From an uncultured Nitrospiraceae bacterium (GTDB taxonomy: Bacteria; Nitrospirota; Nitrospiria; Nitrospirales; Nitrospiraceae): 64,000 nucleotides of DNA. The stretch is taken from NCBI GenBank assembly GCA_963846575.1, contig CAWJWJ010000002.1:1-64000 (forward strand). The letters are read 5' to 3'. The translations under genes were made by a program, and so were the position numbers. A model generated the notes under the pieces. It had not been told where the DNA came from, made no database searches, and saw nothing but the letters and a program-made list of their open reading frames with translations. Position 1 is the first letter of the stretch; each line of letters begins with the position of its first letter. Positions 1 through 11,009 of this stretch are shown piece after piece.

Positions 1-11
1 GGCGCACCTAC

Positions 12-54
12 ACCTCGCTCCCGTCTATGAACGGGGGCCGTTGCCCAGGAGGAT
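12..54 (+). promoter_or_regulatory. Possible S6:S18 autoregulatory leader of rpsF
   Basis: Hairpin ctcccgt/acggggg followed by CCG, and an upstream CCTC able to pair with the GGAGG Shine-Dalgarno; position matches known rpsF leaders; judged by eye. Confidence 0.35.
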
Positions 55-59
55 TCTGC

Positions 60-419
60 ATGGAACTCTATGAGTCCCTGTTCATTATTCGTCCGTCGCT
101 TACCGACGAAGAAACCACAGCGCTGATTGAGAAGATGAAGGGCACCGTGACAAAAAACGGCGCCTCGCTCGTGCGAGCTGAAAACTGGGGCCGCAAAAAA
201 CTCGCCTATGAGATTAAGCGAGAACGCAAAGGCACCTACGTGTATTTTTATTTCCAGGGGCCAGGAGCGGTCATCGCCGAGTTGGAGCGCTCCTATCGCC
301 TTGAAGATTCAATCATTAAATTTCTCACCGTAAAGTTGGAGCAAGAGCCTGCTCCACCGAGGGGTGCGCCAACTCCAGCGCCCGCACCGCAAGGAGCGAC
401 CGTTGGCGGGGTTCAATAA
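60..419 (+). CDS. rpsF: 30S ribosomal protein S6
   Basis: MELYESLFIIRP...WGRKKLAYEI motif; AGGAGG RBS before ATG at 60. Confidence 0.97.
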   Translation: MELYESLFIIRPSLTDEETTALIEKMKGTVTKNGASLVRAENWGRKKLAYEIKRERKGTYVYFYFQGPGAVIAELERSYRLEDSIIKFLTVKLEQEPAPPRGAPTPAPAPQGATVGGVQ

Positions 420-792
420 AGTCATTCTCGTCGGGAATCTGACCCGCAATCCCGAGCTACGGTATACGCCGAGCGGGACGCCGGTCGCCAGCTTTGGGTT
501 GGCGACAAGTCGCCGATTCAAGCAGGCGGAAGAGCTCAAGGAAGAAGTTTGTTTTATTGATATCGTGGTGTTTGGCAAACAGGCAGAACACTGCGGACAG
601 TATTTGAGCAAGGGGAACGGAGTGATCATCGACGGCCGGCTTCAACAACGGCGTTGGGAGACGGAGGACGGTCAGAAACGCAGTAAGCATGAAGTCGTGG
701 CGCAGGGCGTGACCTTTCTTCCAAAGCGAGGCGAGGCCGGGGGCGAGAGCGGCCCTCACGAGGAATCCTCTTACGAAGACGAACAGTCGTAG
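403..792 (+). CDS. ssb: Single-stranded DNA-binding protein
   Basis: NKVILVGNLTRNPELRYTPSG OB-fold start; TTG start at 403 after AAGGAG; lies between rpsF and rpsR. Confidence 0.96.
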   Translation: MAGFNKVILVGNLTRNPELRYTPSGTPVASFGLATSRRFKQAEELKEEVCFIDIVVFGKQAEHCGQYLSKGNGVIIDGRLQQRRWETEDGQKRSKHEVVAQGVTFLPKRGEAGGESGPHEESSYEDEQS

Positions 793-807
793 CAGACGGA
801 GGCGATT

Positions 808-1065
808 ATGGAACGAGGAGAGCGTGGGAATAGTGGAGGTGGTGGCGGTCGGTTTTTTCAACGCCGCAAGCCATGCCGGTTTTGTGTGGATAAGGCGCCG
901 ATCGATTTTAAGGATGTCGGTTTGTTACGCAACTTTTTGACCGAGCGCGGGCGTATTGTGCCGCGGCGCATCTCCGGCAATTGCCTGCAGCACCAGCGCG
1001 TCCTGACCGTGGCGGTCAAGCGGGCGCGCCAGATCGCTTTGGTAAGTTTTGCCGAAGAGCGATAG
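808..1065 (+). CDS. rpsR: 30S ribosomal protein S18 (Zn-binding form)
   Basis: CRFC...[29 protein letters not shown]. Confidence 0.97.
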   Translation: MERGERGNSGGGGGRFFQRRKPCRFCVDKAPIDFKDVGLLRNFLTERGRIVPRRISGNCLQHQRVLTVAVKRARQIALVSFAEER

Positions 1066-1159
1066 GGCAAGGCATAGCTTGGTGAATCTTGGAACAGGTG
1101 GTGGAACGGATTGTCTCTTGCGGTATGCGGAAGCGACGTTCCCCTCGATAACGCTGTCT

Positions 1160-1750
1160 ATGGACACGCTCAACCCAGCGATCGTCGATATTGTCCCAGA
1201 GGGACTAGCTTTGTCCTGTACCGTCACCGGACCGCAACTCGGCTTGAACGAGTCCGAAGAGAAGTTTCAGGATCCGCTCTTGATCCGTTTGGACCTGGCC
1301 CAGCAGGAAGCTCTGATTACGGTGACCGGAACCTTGGAGGGGACAGCGGTTCGTCAATGTGTCCGTTGTCTGACCGATTTTTCAGAGCCTCTCTTCGTGT
1401 CGCTATATGCGGAGTTCGTTCAACAGCCCGATGAAACCGTCAAGTCGGCGGCTGAGCGGGGCCGGAGAGGTCCCAAGCGAGCGCCCCAGCCGGTTGAATC
1501 GGAGGAAGAGGTCGAAGAGGAGGACGAGGTGTACCTCTACCAGGGTGACCATCTCGATTTGACTCAGATGCTGCGGGAACAAGTCATTTTGGCTGCGCCG
1601 ATGCAGCCGTTATGTCGAGAAGATTGTCTTGGGCTCTGCCCGCAGTGTGGACAGAATCTCAATGATCAGCCCTGTGCTTGTCCTCCAGCTCCGGGGCCAA
1701 GGCCCTTTCGTGTGGTGCGGGGACGCCAGTCGAAACGTGGAAACGCATAG
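1160..1750 (+). CDS. yceD: DUF177/YceD family protein
   Basis: CVRCL...PMQPLCREDCLGLCPQCGQNLN motif; directly upstream of rpmF; start taken at ATG 1160. Confidence 0.9.
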   Translation: MDTLNPAIVDIVPEGLALSCTVTGPQLGLNESEEKFQDPLLIRLDLAQQEALITVTGTLEGTAVRQCVRCLTDFSEPLFVSLYAEFVQQPDETVKSAAERGRRGPKRAPQPVESEEEVEEEDEVYLYQGDHLDLTQMLREQVILAAPMQPLCREDCLGLCPQCGQNLNDQPCACPPAPGPRPFRVVRGRQSKRGNA

Positions 1751-1789
1751 TTTGTTAACCGGGTCACGCGCCCGTTGCAAGGAGTCGTC

Positions 1790-1975
1790 ATGCCAAATCC
1801 AAAACACAAACATTCACGGTCCCGTCGAGACATGCGGCGAACGGCCAAGACAAGGTTGGTTCCCCCTGGATTTTCGCTTTGCCCGCAGTGCCACGAGCTG
1901 AAACTTCCTCACTACACCTGCATGAATTGCGGGACCTATAAGGGGAAGGCCGTCATCGTCGTCGAGGAATCCTAG
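1790..1975 (+). CDS. rpmF: 50S ribosomal protein L32
   Basis: [17 protein letters not shown]...CPQC...[11 protein letters not shown]. Confidence 0.96.
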   Translation: MPNPKHKHSRSRRDMRRTAKTRLVPPGFSLCPQCHELKLPHYTCMNCGTYKGKAVIVVEES

Positions 1976-2126
1976 CCGTATTTTCTTTTCCAACCGTGAT
2001 TCGGATACAATTGTGCACCGTGATCACGAACCGATGTTGTACGCCGCGCGAAGCCGTTCAGGTCTTGGCCGGCAAGGCCTCGCTACACGATTCCTCACAT
2101 CTCTATCGGTGGACCGTTAACCGCAC

Positions 2127-3158
2127 ATGAAGATTGCCGTCGATGCGATGGGCGGAGACCACGGACCGGCCCCGGTCATTGAGGGTGCGATGCAGGCCGC
2201 ACAGGAGCTTGATGTCGGCGTCATCCTGGTAGGCAAGGAAGGCGAGCTGACTGCCGCCTGCCAGAAGCTCCGCTGCACCGATCCGCGTATCACCATTCAC
2301 CACGCGCCTCAGGTGGTGGAAATGCATGAGTCACCGGCGTCAGTGGCACGGAGAAAGCGGGATTCGTCGATCTGGGTCGCAACGGAACTCGTGAAATCAG
2401 GCCAAGCTGATGCAGTCGTGAGTCCGGGCAATACCGGTGCCAGCATGGTCGCTTCTTTCTTCGTGCTGGGGCTGACCAAGGGAGTGGAGCGTCCGGCGAT
2501 TGCCACGATGTTACCCACCCTGACCGGAAGCGCCGTGATGCTTGATGTCGGCGCCAATGTCGATTGTACGGCGCAGCATCTGGAGCAGTTCGCATTAATG
2601 GGGAATGAGTTTGCCAAGCATCTATATGCCAGGCCGAATCCGCGAATCGGACTTTTGAGTATCGGAGAAGAGGATACCAAGGGAAACGAAGTCACCAAGG
2701 AGGCCTTTAAGCTGTTGAAGGCGAGCCCGTTGAATTTTATCGGCAATATCGAAGGACGGGAAGTCTACAGCGGGAGCGCGGATGTGGTGGTCTGTGACGG
2801 GTTTATCGGCAACGTGGCACTGAAAATCTCAGAAGGCGTCGCCGAGGTCATCAAGAAGTTGCTACTGAAAGAGCTCTCCGGTTCCTGGCTCGGCCGCTTA
2901 GCCTACCCGTTGATCGCGGGACCGCTCCTGAATTTGAAACGAAAAATTGATTATGCCGAGTTCGGCGGCGCTCCTCTTCTCGGCGTGAATGGAACGACCA
3001 TCATTTGTCACGGACGTTCCTCCGCGAAGGCGATCAAAAATGCCATTCGTCGGGCAAAGGGATTGGCCGAGACCAGGCTGGACGAATTGATTCAGCGCGA
3101 TATAGAGGAAAGTTTCTCGCGACACCAGGATGAACGACCTGAGGGACGGCAGGCGTGA
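2127..3158 (+). CDS. plsX: Phosphate acyltransferase
   Basis: MKIAVDAMGGDHGP, GNTGA, DVGANVD, GGAPLLGV, HGRS motifs. Confidence 0.97.
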   Translation: MKIAVDAMGGDHGPAPVIEGAMQAAQELDVGVILVGKEGELTAACQKLRCTDPRITIHHAPQVVEMHESPASVARRKRDSSIWVATELVKSGQADAVVSPGNTGASMVASFFVLGLTKGVERPAIATMLPTLTGSAVMLDVGANVDCTAQHLEQFALMGNEFAKHLYARPNPRIGLLSIGEEDTKGNEVTKEAFKLLKASPLNFIGNIEGREVYSGSADVVVCDGFIGNVALKISEGVAEVIKKLLLKELSGSWLGRLAYPLIAGPLLNLKRKIDYAEFGGAPLLGVNGTTIICHGRSSAKAIKNAIRRAKGLAETRLDELIQRDIEESFSRHQDERPEGRQA

Positions 3159-4132
3159 AAAGAGCGAGAATTACAGGGACCGGCTCGTATGCACCCGAAC
3201 GAATCATGCCCAATGCCGAACTTGAGCAGCTCGTCGCGACCTCTGATGAGTGGATTCGAGAGCGCACCGGCATTCGCGAGCGCCGCATCGTGGCTGAGGG
3301 ACAGGCCTGCTCCGATCTGGGCCTCATTGCCGCCGAGCGGGCACTGAAGGCGGCCGAGATTTCGGCCTGCGAACTGGACATGATTCTCATGGCGACTTGC
3401 ACGGGAGACATGCCGCTGCCGTCGACCGCCTGTCTGCTCCAGCACCAATTGGGTGCCACGCGCGCTGCGGCCTGCGACATTTCTGCCGCCTGCTGCGGAT
3501 TCGTGTACGCGCTTGGCGTCGCCGATGCCTATGTCAGAACCGGCATGCGCCATGTGTTGGTGGTGGGATCGGAAGTGATGTCGGCGATTTTAGACTGGAC
3601 GGATCGTAACACCTGCATCCTATTTGGGGACGGCGCCGGAGCGGTGGTCGTGAGCGCCTCCGAGGGCGAGCGGGGTATCCTATCCACTCATTTGCATTCC
3701 GATGGCAGTCTTTCGGATCTGATCGTGGTGCCGGGAGGCGGGACGCGAATTCCTCCGTCTGAGGACATGTTGAGGGAGCGTTCGCAGTACATCAAAATGA
3801 AGGGCAACGAGACATTCAAGGTGGCGGTACGGACTCTTGAGGAGGTGGCGAGAGAGACACTCGCAGCCAATCAACTGGCAATCGAAGACCTCGACCTGTA
3901 CATCCCCCACCAGGCGAATCTGAGGATCATCACGGCGGTGGCGGGCCGCCTAGGGCTGCCGCTCGAAAAAGTGATGTTGAACATGGATCGATACGGCAAT
4001 ACGTCTGCCGCCTCGATTCCATTGGCCTTGGATGAAGCAGTCCGTGATGGCCGAGTACGCGAGGGACAGCTCGTGATGTTGGGAGCCTTCGGGGCGGGTC
4101 TGACCTGGGCCTCGTCATTGATTCGCTGGTAG
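3155..4132 (+). CDS. fabH: 3-oxoacyl-ACP synthase III
   Basis: AACCGF, HQANLRI, GNTSAASIP catalytic motifs. Confidence 0.97.
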   Translation: MKRARITGTGSYAPERIMPNAELEQLVATSDEWIRERTGIRERRIVAEGQACSDLGLIAAERALKAAEISACELDMILMATCTGDMPLPSTACLLQHQLGATRAAACDISAACCGFVYALGVADAYVRTGMRHVLVVGSEVMSAILDWTDRNTCILFGDGAGAVVVSASEGERGILSTHLHSDGSLSDLIVVPGGGTRIPPSEDMLRERSQYIKMKGNETFKVAVRTLEEVARETLAANQLAIEDLDLYIPHQANLRIITAVAGRLGLPLEKVMLNMDRYGNTSAASIPLALDEAVRDGRVREGQLVMLGAFGAGLTWASSLIRW

Positions 4133-4238
4133 CCATGAGAGAACCAAGACCGAGACCCGCTTCTGATATTGCGGGTTCGTGCCATCTGTCTTTTTCCCGT
4201 TGACTTTGAACGTGGTTTCTACGATACCTTACGCGGTT

Positions 4239-5192
4239 ATGACGACATCAGGCATCGGGTTTTTGTTCCCGGGACAGGGGTCTCAATCGGTCGGAATGGG
4301 GCGCGCATTATGCGATGCGTTCCCAACGGTGAAGGCCGTATATGAAGAGGCCTCGTTGATCCTCGGGTATGATGTCGCGCAGCTCTGCTTCGAAGGTCCG
4401 GCTGAACGGCTCAACTTGACCGAATATACTCAGCCTGCCTTACTCGTGAGCAGTGCGGCTGCGCTCAAAGCCCTGGAGCCAACCGGCGTGATCCCGATGG
4501 CTGTCGCCGGTCACAGCTTGGGTGAGTACTCTGCGGTGTACGCGGCGGGCGGATTGTCGTTCCGCGATACGGTAGCCCTGGTGCAGAAACGAGGCCGGTA
4601 TATGGCTGAAGCGGTGCCGCCGGGAACCGGGCTGGTTGCAGCTCTCTTAGGGCTTTCTGGTGATGTGGTGAAGGCGGCCTGTCAGGAGGCGGCGTCCACC
4701 GGCGTAGTCGCAGCGGCGAATTTCAATTCCCCGGGCCAGGTGGTGATTGCGGGAGAGAAGGCTGCGGTGGAACGGGCGATTGAAATTGCCAAGACCAGGG
4801 GCTGCAAGAAAGCGATTCCATTGCCGGTGAGCGTGCCGGTTCACACTCCCCTGATGCAACGAGCCGCAGACCGGTTGGCCGCGGAGTTTGGCGGGACGGC
4901 GTGGCGGGATTTGACGGTTCCTCTAGTGAATAATGCAGAGGCCATGGCCATCCAGCGGTGCGAAGAGATTCGCGCCTCCCTGGTTCGGCAGCTGCCCTCT
5001 TCGGTGCGATGGGAAGAGTCGGTGCAGACAATGGCCCGGCTGGGCGTCACCACTTTTGTGGAGATCGGGCCTGGGACGGTTTTGACCGGGTTGGTGAAAC
5101 GCATTCTTCCCGGTGCCGCGACATTGAATGTACATGATCCAAAATCGTTGGAAGCCACCCTCACCGCCCTGGGCGTGAGGAGTCAGGCGTAA
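4239..5192 (+). CDS. fabD: Malonyl-CoA:ACP transacylase
   Basis: FPGQGSQ, TQPAL, GHSLGEY motifs; start at ATG 4239. Confidence 0.97.
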   Translation: MTTSGIGFLFPGQGSQSVGMGRALCDAFPTVKAVYEEASLILGYDVAQLCFEGPAERLNLTEYTQPALLVSSAAALKALEPTGVIPMAVAGHSLGEYSAVYAAGGLSFRDTVALVQKRGRYMAEAVPPGTGLVAALLGLSGDVVKAACQEAASTGVVAAANFNSPGQVVIAGEKAAVERAIEIAKTRGCKKAIPLPVSVPVHTPLMQRAADRLAAEFGGTAWRDLTVPLVNNAEAMAIQRCEEIRASLVRQLPSSVRWEESVQTMARLGVTTFVEIGPGTVLTGLVKRILPGAATLNVHDPKSLEATLTALGVRSQA

Positions 5193-5220
5193 GTCTCAAG
5201 CAGACGGCGGGAGTAGACTG

Positions 5221-5964
5221 ATGTCATTACAGGGGAAAGTGGCGATTGTCACCGGGGCGGCTCAAGGCATCGGACGGGCGATCGCGGAGGCGCTGGCGGA
5301 GGATGGCGCTGACATTGCGGTCGCAGACCTCGATCCGGCCCGCGCCCAGGATGCCGTAGCGGCGATTCAAAAACTAGGACGCCGCGCCCTCAGCGTGAAG
5401 GTCAACGTGGCCGATTGGAACGATGCCAAGGCCATGGCCGATCAGGTGATACAAGAGTGGGGAAAAATCGATATTCTGGTGAATAACGCTGGGATTACCC
5501 GGGACGGATTGTTACTTCGAATGAAGGAAGAAGACTGGAATCTGGTGCTACAGGTCAATCTGAATGGCACCTTTCACTGCACGAAAGCCGTTCTTCTCCC
5601 CATGACCAAGCAACGGTACGGCCGGATTGTCAATATCGCGTCCATCGTGGGGGCGATGGGTAATGTCGGGCAGGCTAATTATGCCGCGTCGAAGGCGGCG
5701 GTTATCGGATTTACCAAGACGGTCGCGCGTGAGTATGCGAGCCGGGCGGTCACGGTCAATGCCGTGGCGCCTGGATTCATCGACACGGCAATGACACAGA
5801 ATCTGTCTCCCGAGGTGAAGGAAACGTTGCAGAAGCAGATCCCTTTGGGACGGTTAGGGCTTCCATCCGATATTGCGGCGGCGGTCCGCTTCCTGGTGTC
5901 GGACGCGGCGTCCTATATCACGGGGCAAGTGTTGCACGTGAACGGTGGCATGCTCATGGTATAA
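5221..5964 (+). CDS. fabG: 3-oxoacyl-ACP reductase
   Basis: TGAAQGIG, NNAGITRD, YAASK motifs; fab operon context. Confidence 0.97.
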   Translation: MSLQGKVAIVTGAAQGIGRAIAEALAEDGADIAVADLDPARAQDAVAAIQKLGRRALSVKVNVADWNDAKAMADQVIQEWGKIDILVNNAGITRDGLLLRMKEEDWNLVLQVNLNGTFHCTKAVLLPMTKQRYGRIVNIASIVGAMGNVGQANYAASKAAVIGFTKTVAREYASRAVTVNAVAPGFIDTAMTQNLSPEVKETLQKQIPLGRLGLPSDIAAAVRFLVSDAASYITGQVLHVNGGMLMV

Positions 5965-6058
5965 GTAAGTCAGGTCGGTGACCGGATCGGCCTGATCGAT
6001 TCGGTGGAGCCCGGTGTGGATTAAGGAGGCTAAGATGGGGAAGGAGGTGGGCAAGTCA

Positions 6059-6292
6059 ATGGCAACTGTAGATGAACGGGTGAAGAAAATTATTGCCGAG
6101 CAGCTGGGGGTAGAGGAAGAGGAAGTGACGCTGGAAGCGCATTTCGTCGAAGACTTGGGCGCCGATTCGCTCGATACGGTTGAATTGGTCATGGCCCTGG
6201 AAGAAGAGTTTGAGATTGAGATTCCCGATGAGGACGCCGAGAAGATTCTCACTGTCGGGAAGGCACTTGAGTATATTAAAGAGAAGGCCTAA
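6059..6292 (+). CDS. acpP: Acyl carrier protein
   Basis: [24 protein letters not shown] before ATG 6059. Confidence 0.97.
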   Translation: MATVDERVKKIIAEQLGVEEEEVTLEAHFVEDLGADSLDTVELVMALEEEFEIEIPDEDAEKILTVGKALEYIKEKA

Positions 6293-6303
6293 TCGGACTG
6301 TCG

Positions 6304-7554
6304 ATGAAGGAGCGACCCACCAGACGCGTCGTGGTCACCGGTCTCGGACTGGTCACTCCCCTGGGAACCGGGGTGGAGAAGACTTGGAAGGCTGTGTGTG
6401 CCGGGGAATCGGGCATCGGTCGCATCACGCGATTCGATCCCACCGGTTATGATGCGCAGATTGCCGGAGAGGTCAAGGATTTCGACCCGGCTCAGTTCAT
6501 CGAAAAAAAAGAAATCAAGAAGATGGACACCTTCATCCACTATGCGGTGGGGGCGAGTCATCTGGCGGTTGAAGATGCAAAACTCACCGTGTCGGCAGAA
6601 GAAGCGACGCGTGTGGGGGTCTATATCGGATCCGGCATCGGCGGCCTCGGGTCGATTGAGCATTACCATGATGTGCTTAAGGAGAAGGGGCCCGGTCGTG
6701 TCTCTCCCTTTTTCATTCCCATGACGATCATCAACTTGGCTTCGGGACAGGTGGCCATTCGAATCGGAGCGAAAGGGCCGAATTCCTGCGCGGTCACGGC
6801 CTGCGCGACGGGCAACCACTGTATTGGCGACGCCAGCCGGCTCATCCAGCGTGATGATGCGGATGTCATGATCGCCGGAGGTGCGGAGGCGGCTATCACT
6901 CCGTTGGGGGTGGCGGGGTTTGCTTCGGCGAAAGCATTGTCGTTCAGGAATGATGAACCGACGAAAGCCAGTCGGCCGTTTGATAAAGATCGAGATGGAT
7001 TTGTGCTGGGGGAGGGCGCCGGAGTGGTGGTGCTGGAAGAGCTTGAGCATGCCCGAAAGCGAGGGGCGCGTATTTATGCAGAGGTCATCGGCTATGCGAT
7101 GAACAGCGATGCCTACCATATCACGGCTCCGCCTGAGGATGGGGAGGGTGCCGTTCGTTGTATGGAAATGGTTTTACAAGATGCCGGGGTTGCCAAAACG
7201 GACATTGGGTATATCAATGCGCATGGCACATCCACCATGGCAGATGCCATCGAGACCAAAGCTATTAAACAGGTGTTCGGGAACCACGCGTTCAAAATTC
7301 CCGTCAGTTCGACCAAGTCCATGACAGGTCATTTGTTGGGTGCTGCCGGAGGTATTGAGGCGGTGTTCAGCATTCTGGCTCTCCACCATGGCATGCTGCC
7401 ACCCACGATCAACCTTGATCAACCTGACCCCGCCTGCGACCTTGACTATGTGCCTAACCAGGCTCGCCCAGCCAATCCTCAGGTGGTGTTGTCCAACTCG
7501 TTCGGCTTTGGCGGTGTCAACGCCTGTCTGCTGTTTCGTCGGTGTGAGTCGTAA
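6304..7554 (+). CDS. fabF: 3-oxoacyl-ACP synthase II
   Basis: [38 protein letters not shown]. Confidence 0.97.
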   Translation: MKERPTRRVVVTGLGLVTPLGTGVEKTWKAVCAGESGIGRITRFDPTGYDAQIAGEVKDFDPAQFIEKKEIKKMDTFIHYAVGASHLAVEDAKLTVSAEEATRVGVYIGSGIGGLGSIEHYHDVLKEKGPGRVSPFFIPMTIINLASGQVAIRIGAKGPNSCAVTACATGNHCIGDASRLIQRDDADVMIAGGAEAAITPLGVAGFASAKALSFRNDEPTKASRPFDKDRDGFVLGEGAGVVVLEELEHARKRGARIYAEVIGYAMNSDAYHITAPPEDGEGAVRCMEMVLQDAGVAKTDIGYINAHGTSTMADAIETKAIKQVFGNHAFKIPVSSTKSMTGHLLGAAGGIEAVFSILALHHGMLPPTINLDQPDPACDLDYVPNQARPANPQVVLSNSFGFGGVNACLLFRRCES

Positions 7555-7581
7555 CCCCACCTCCATCATGAGTCAAATCCT

Positions 7582-8301
7582 ATGACGCCGGCCACGTCAA
7601 TTGAGACGGCCCAGCGCATCCTGGGTTATCGCTTTCGCCAGCCTCGTCTGCTTGAAGAAGCGTTGACGCACAAGTCCTATTCCAACGAGCGGCGCGGTAA
7701 GGATCGAACACAGAACGAGCGCTTGGAGTTTCTGGGTGACGCCGTTTTGTCCTTGGTGATCAGTGAGTATCTTGCCGCCGAGTTCCAAGATAGCAGCGAA
7801 GGCGGGCTGTCCAAGCTGAAAGCGCAGCTCGTAAGTGAAGCTTCGCTGGCCAGGGCCGCGCGGCGCATGAAACTGGGCCGCCTCCTGCGTCTGGGCAAAG
7901 GGGAAGAGCTTTCGAAGGGACGGGAGAAACACTCACTGTTAGCCGATGCGCTGGAAGCATTAATCGCGGCGGTGTATCTGGATGGTGGACTGGAGGCGAG
8001 CCGGAAATTCACGTTGCAGGTGTTGGAAGACGAATTGCTCGCGACGCGAGCGGAACAAGCACGCCCCGGAATGGATGACTACAAGACTCAACTTCAGGAA
8101 ATTTGCCAGAAGCGGTACGAAACATTGCCTCGTTATGAGACGGTGCGGGAATCAGGCCCTGATCACCAGAAAGTATTTGAAGTGGAACTGACGATTCAGG
8201 GTATCATGCGTGGAGTGGGATCTGGACTTAGTAAGAAAGAAGCTGAACAAAAGGCAGCGAAGGAAGCGCTGGCACAATTGACGGCAGGAACCGAGAGATA
8301 G
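7582..8301 (+). CDS. rnc: Ribonuclease III
   Basis: NERLEFLGDAVL signature plus C-terminal dsRBD. Confidence 0.97.
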   Translation: MTPATSIETAQRILGYRFRQPRLLEEALTHKSYSNERRGKDRTQNERLEFLGDAVLSLVISEYLAAEFQDSSEGGLSKLKAQLVSEASLARAARRMKLGRLLRLGKGEELSKGREKHSLLADALEALIAAVYLDGGLEASRKFTLQVLEDELLATRAEQARPGMDDYKTQLQEICQKRYETLPRYETVRESGPDHQKVFEVELTIQGIMRGVGSGLSKKEAEQKAAKEALAQLTAGTER

Positions 8302-8321
8302 CGTCAGCACAAGGAGGTACG

Positions 8322-8972
8322 ATGGCATATCGGTACTGGAATAAGGCGTTAGGAATCGCGAGTGTCTTGGGGCTGCTCTGGGGGAGTGTCCTGACCGAGC
8401 AGGGCCTGGCAGCCGATACTGCTCCGGCAGAGAACCAATCCGTGAATGTGCACAATGCGAGGGCGATCATCAAAACAAAATTTGGCGATATCGAGATGAA
8501 ATTTCTTCCCGATGTTGCGCCGAAGCATGTTGAGAATTTCATCAAACTGGCCAAGTCTGGGTTTTACAACGGAACGATTTTTCATCGCGTGATCCCAGGA
8601 TTTATGATCCAGGGTGGCGATCCGAACACCAAAGATTCTTTAAAGAAGGGCGCTTACGGACAAGGTGGTCCCGGCCATAATGTGAAAGGCGAGTTCAGCG
8701 ACTTGCCTCACAAGCGAGGGGTCGTATCGATGGCGCGCGCGCAAGACCCTGATAGCGCCGGGTCGCAGTTTTTTATTGTTGTCGAAGAGTCGCGGTTCTT
8801 AGACAGGAAATATACGATATTTGGCGAGGTGGTTAGAGGCATCGGGGTTGCCGATAAGATTGTCGGTTTGCCGAGAGTCATGTGTCAGGCAGGTGCGCCG
8901 TCTCCTGCGGACAAGGGACCCTGCGACAATCCGATTGAGCGTGTGGAAATGACTGTGACCCTTATAGAGTGA
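8322..8972 (+). CDS. Exported cyclophilin-type peptidyl-prolyl isomerase
   Basis: Signal peptide; FHRVIPGFMIQGGDP, SMAR, SAGSQFFI. Confidence 0.93.
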   Translation: MAYRYWNKALGIASVLGLLWGSVLTEQGLAADTAPAENQSVNVHNARAIIKTKFGDIEMKFLPDVAPKHVENFIKLAKSGFYNGTIFHRVIPGFMIQGGDPNTKDSLKKGAYGQGGPGHNVKGEFSDLPHKRGVVSMARAQDPDSAGSQFFIVVEESRFLDRKYTIFGEVVRGIGVADKIVGLPRVMCQAGAPSPADKGPCDNPIERVEMTVTLIE

Positions 8973-9130
8973 ACCGTTTGCGAGTGTCTTCGGCAAGGGC
9001 CATGATCGACTGATCTCAAAAACCGGTCTATCGCCACGCTGCGGGTCAGTTGCCGCAGGTCCCGGTCGCCACCCTGCGATACGCAGCAATTCCTCCCTTC
9101 TCACGCACCACACAACAGCACGATGTCAGT

Positions 9131-9166
9131 GAGCCCGGTCCGAATCTTCGATTCGGTGCCGGGCTT
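9131..9166. terminator. Hairpin between convergent genes, probable terminator
   Basis: gagcccgg-t-ccgaatc ttc gattcgg-tg-ccgggctt inverted repeat. Confidence 0.5.
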
Positions 9167-9172
9167 ATCATT

Positions 9173-9748
9173 TCAGAAGGGTTGTGTGTTTTCTTGGGTG
9201 CGGACCAATGTCAACAAGTGGACTAGTGCCTTAGTGACGCGCTCGGCATGGGAGGCTGATCGGAATAGCAATGTGTCCTCTGGAAACTGACCTTGCAGTT
9301 CCGCCACATTGCCTGTACAGAAGCTGGTTTTCATAATGCAGGGACTGCTGTTCTTGCAGGTTAACCGAATCCCGTAGAGGACCAGGGTATTTTCACGGCC
9401 GCTGTGGCCTTGATACTGGATTGTATCGATCTCGTGCAGATCGAAATGGGTGAATCCGGTATTGACGCCGTCATGGCCGTGATTAAGTTCCACTGCCCCA
9501 AGTTTATTTCCCGTGGGAATGACGCTGTAGACCTCGGTGATTTTTGTCGCTTTGCCGGATTTAGGATTTCTGCAGCTCAGGCTGCGAACAAAACCATGGG
9601 TATTCGTCATGTCCCCGATGAATTGAACCGTTTCCTCTACCGTTTGACTGAGAGCCGCGGCAGGTGAGAGGAGGAGGATAACCAATGCCCCAATGACGGA
9701 TGCCTTATGGAGGGCCGCCGTTTTGATTCTCGAATTTGCGTCCCGCAT
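9173..9748 (-). CDS. Hypothetical exported protein
   Basis: ATG at 9748 after AGGAAG; hydrophobic signal-like segment ending AAALSQ; four Cys in the mature part; no family recognised. Confidence 0.7.
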   Translation of the reverse strand: MRDANSRIKTAALHKASVIGALVILLLSPAAALSQTVEETVQFIGDMTNTHGFVRSLSCRNPKSGKATKITEVYSVIPTGNKLGAVELNHGHDGVNTGFTHFDLHEIDTIQYQGHSGRENTLVLYGIRLTCKNSSPCIMKTSFCTGNVAELQGQFPEDTLLFRSASHAERVTKALVHLLTLVRTQENTQPF

Positions 9749-9899
9749 GATGGTCTTCCTATAGTGCTGCGTCAGAATGGCTGGGAGATCCTTACCGTAC
9801 TGAAACCGTCTCAACAGTTCAATCCCTCCATGAGGCAGGGTCGCGGAAAAATGTTGTCCTGATCTCGCGAAAAACCGGGGATGTAGTATCGGAAAGGGT

Positions 9900-10793
9900 T
9901 TAACCCACGTCTTGCGGAACTTCTGCCGGAGGAATGAGCGGAAAAATAGTCGAGTCGAGAGGCATGCTCGGTGACAGATCGATCTGTTCCGCAATAGGGG
10001 CAAATTGGAAAGCATTTACCAAGGAAGAGATCCGAGACTCCATCTTGTCGAGATTCCGGTAATGGAGCAGTCGTGAAAAAAAGGTCCCTTCCATATGCGG
10101 TTGCTGCGGATCAAGCTCCCATGGGTGAAAATACATGACGACGGGGCGACCTTGGCGCTCGATGCGTTTCAGGAGTTTGCATAGAACGGAAAACGGGAGA
10201 AGCCGGAAGAAACTCCCGCCTGCAATTGGAATACGCACGCCTCCGATGTTTGAAGTTGAAGGTGGAACCTCCCAAATGGGACCTGCTGAGGTCTGTTGCA
10301 GATGGTGCCAAGGGTCCGATCCCGGGACACCGCAGTGGTCATGCCGGATCGGGATGATGCTGGAATCGTACGTATAACCCTCTTCGGCCAAGATCGGTAA
10401 GGCCCACAACGTTTCTCGCGTAATAGTAAACCCCGGGGCACGATAACCCTGGACTGTCAAACCCGTAAGATCTTCAAGAATATGCTTGGCTTTTCTGACA
10501 TCGGCACGAAAGAGTTCCGGTGTTTGAGCCGTCACGAGTTCGTGCCCGTACCCATGAGAGGCGATCTCATGTCCGCAGTCGGCGATCTGTTTGATCAGAC
10601 CGGGGTGCCGTTCAGCAACCCAGCCCAGGACGAAAAAGGTCGCTCTGGTTTGGTAGCGGGCTAGCAGGTCCAGCACTTTGCAAGTATTCGACGTAACCCG
10701 GCTCTGAAAAGATCCCCAGTGCCGCCGACGAATGGGAGAGTCGAATCGAGAAACCTGGAAGTGTTCTTCTACGTCGAATGTTAAACAATGCAC
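9900..10793 (-). CDS. XrtA/PEP-CTERM-system-type polysaccharide deacetylase (DUF3473)
   Basis: LTFDVEEHFQV, ATFFVLGWVAE, HEIASHGYGH, GYRAP, YDSS, YFHPWELDP. Confidence 0.9.
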   Translation of the reverse strand: MHCLTFDVEEHFQVSRFDSPIRRRHWGSFQSRVTSNTCKVLDLLARYQTRATFFVLGWVAERHPGLIKQIADCGHEIASHGYGHELVTAQTPELFRADVRKAKHILEDLTGLTVQGYRAPGFTITRETLWALPILAEEGYTYDSSIIPIRHDHCGVPGSDPWHHLQQTSAGPIWEVPPSTSNIGGVRIPIAGGSFFRLLPFSVLCKLLKRIERQGRPVVMYFHPWELDPQQPHMEGTFFSRLLHYRNLDKMESRISSLVNAFQFAPIAEQIDLSPSMPLDSTIFPLIPPAEVPQDVG

Positions 10794-11009
10794 AGGGAAG
10801 TTCCTTGATCACTGTAGGATATTGCATGCATGGGTAGATATCTGAGGAAGGCAACGAGGGAGCTGGAAGGGAAATTCACTCAAAGGCCCCTTTCGACGTG
10901 CTGTGTATACTATGTGTGCCACCCGATGTAAAGCAAAGTTTAAGCCGTCAATAATACTGATATTTATCAACGGTCTAAGCATTCGGTGCCTGTTTGTCAC
11001 AAAGCCAGA

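Noticed and set aside
9886..9915. Possible fourth sigma-28 promoter (TCCGATAC on the minus strand)
   Set aside because: No TAAA/TTTA-like -35 at the 16-bp spacing
9749..10015. N-terminal extension of the 280-aa ORF
   Set aside because: Overlaps the deacetylase; RBS and signal peptide support ATG 9748
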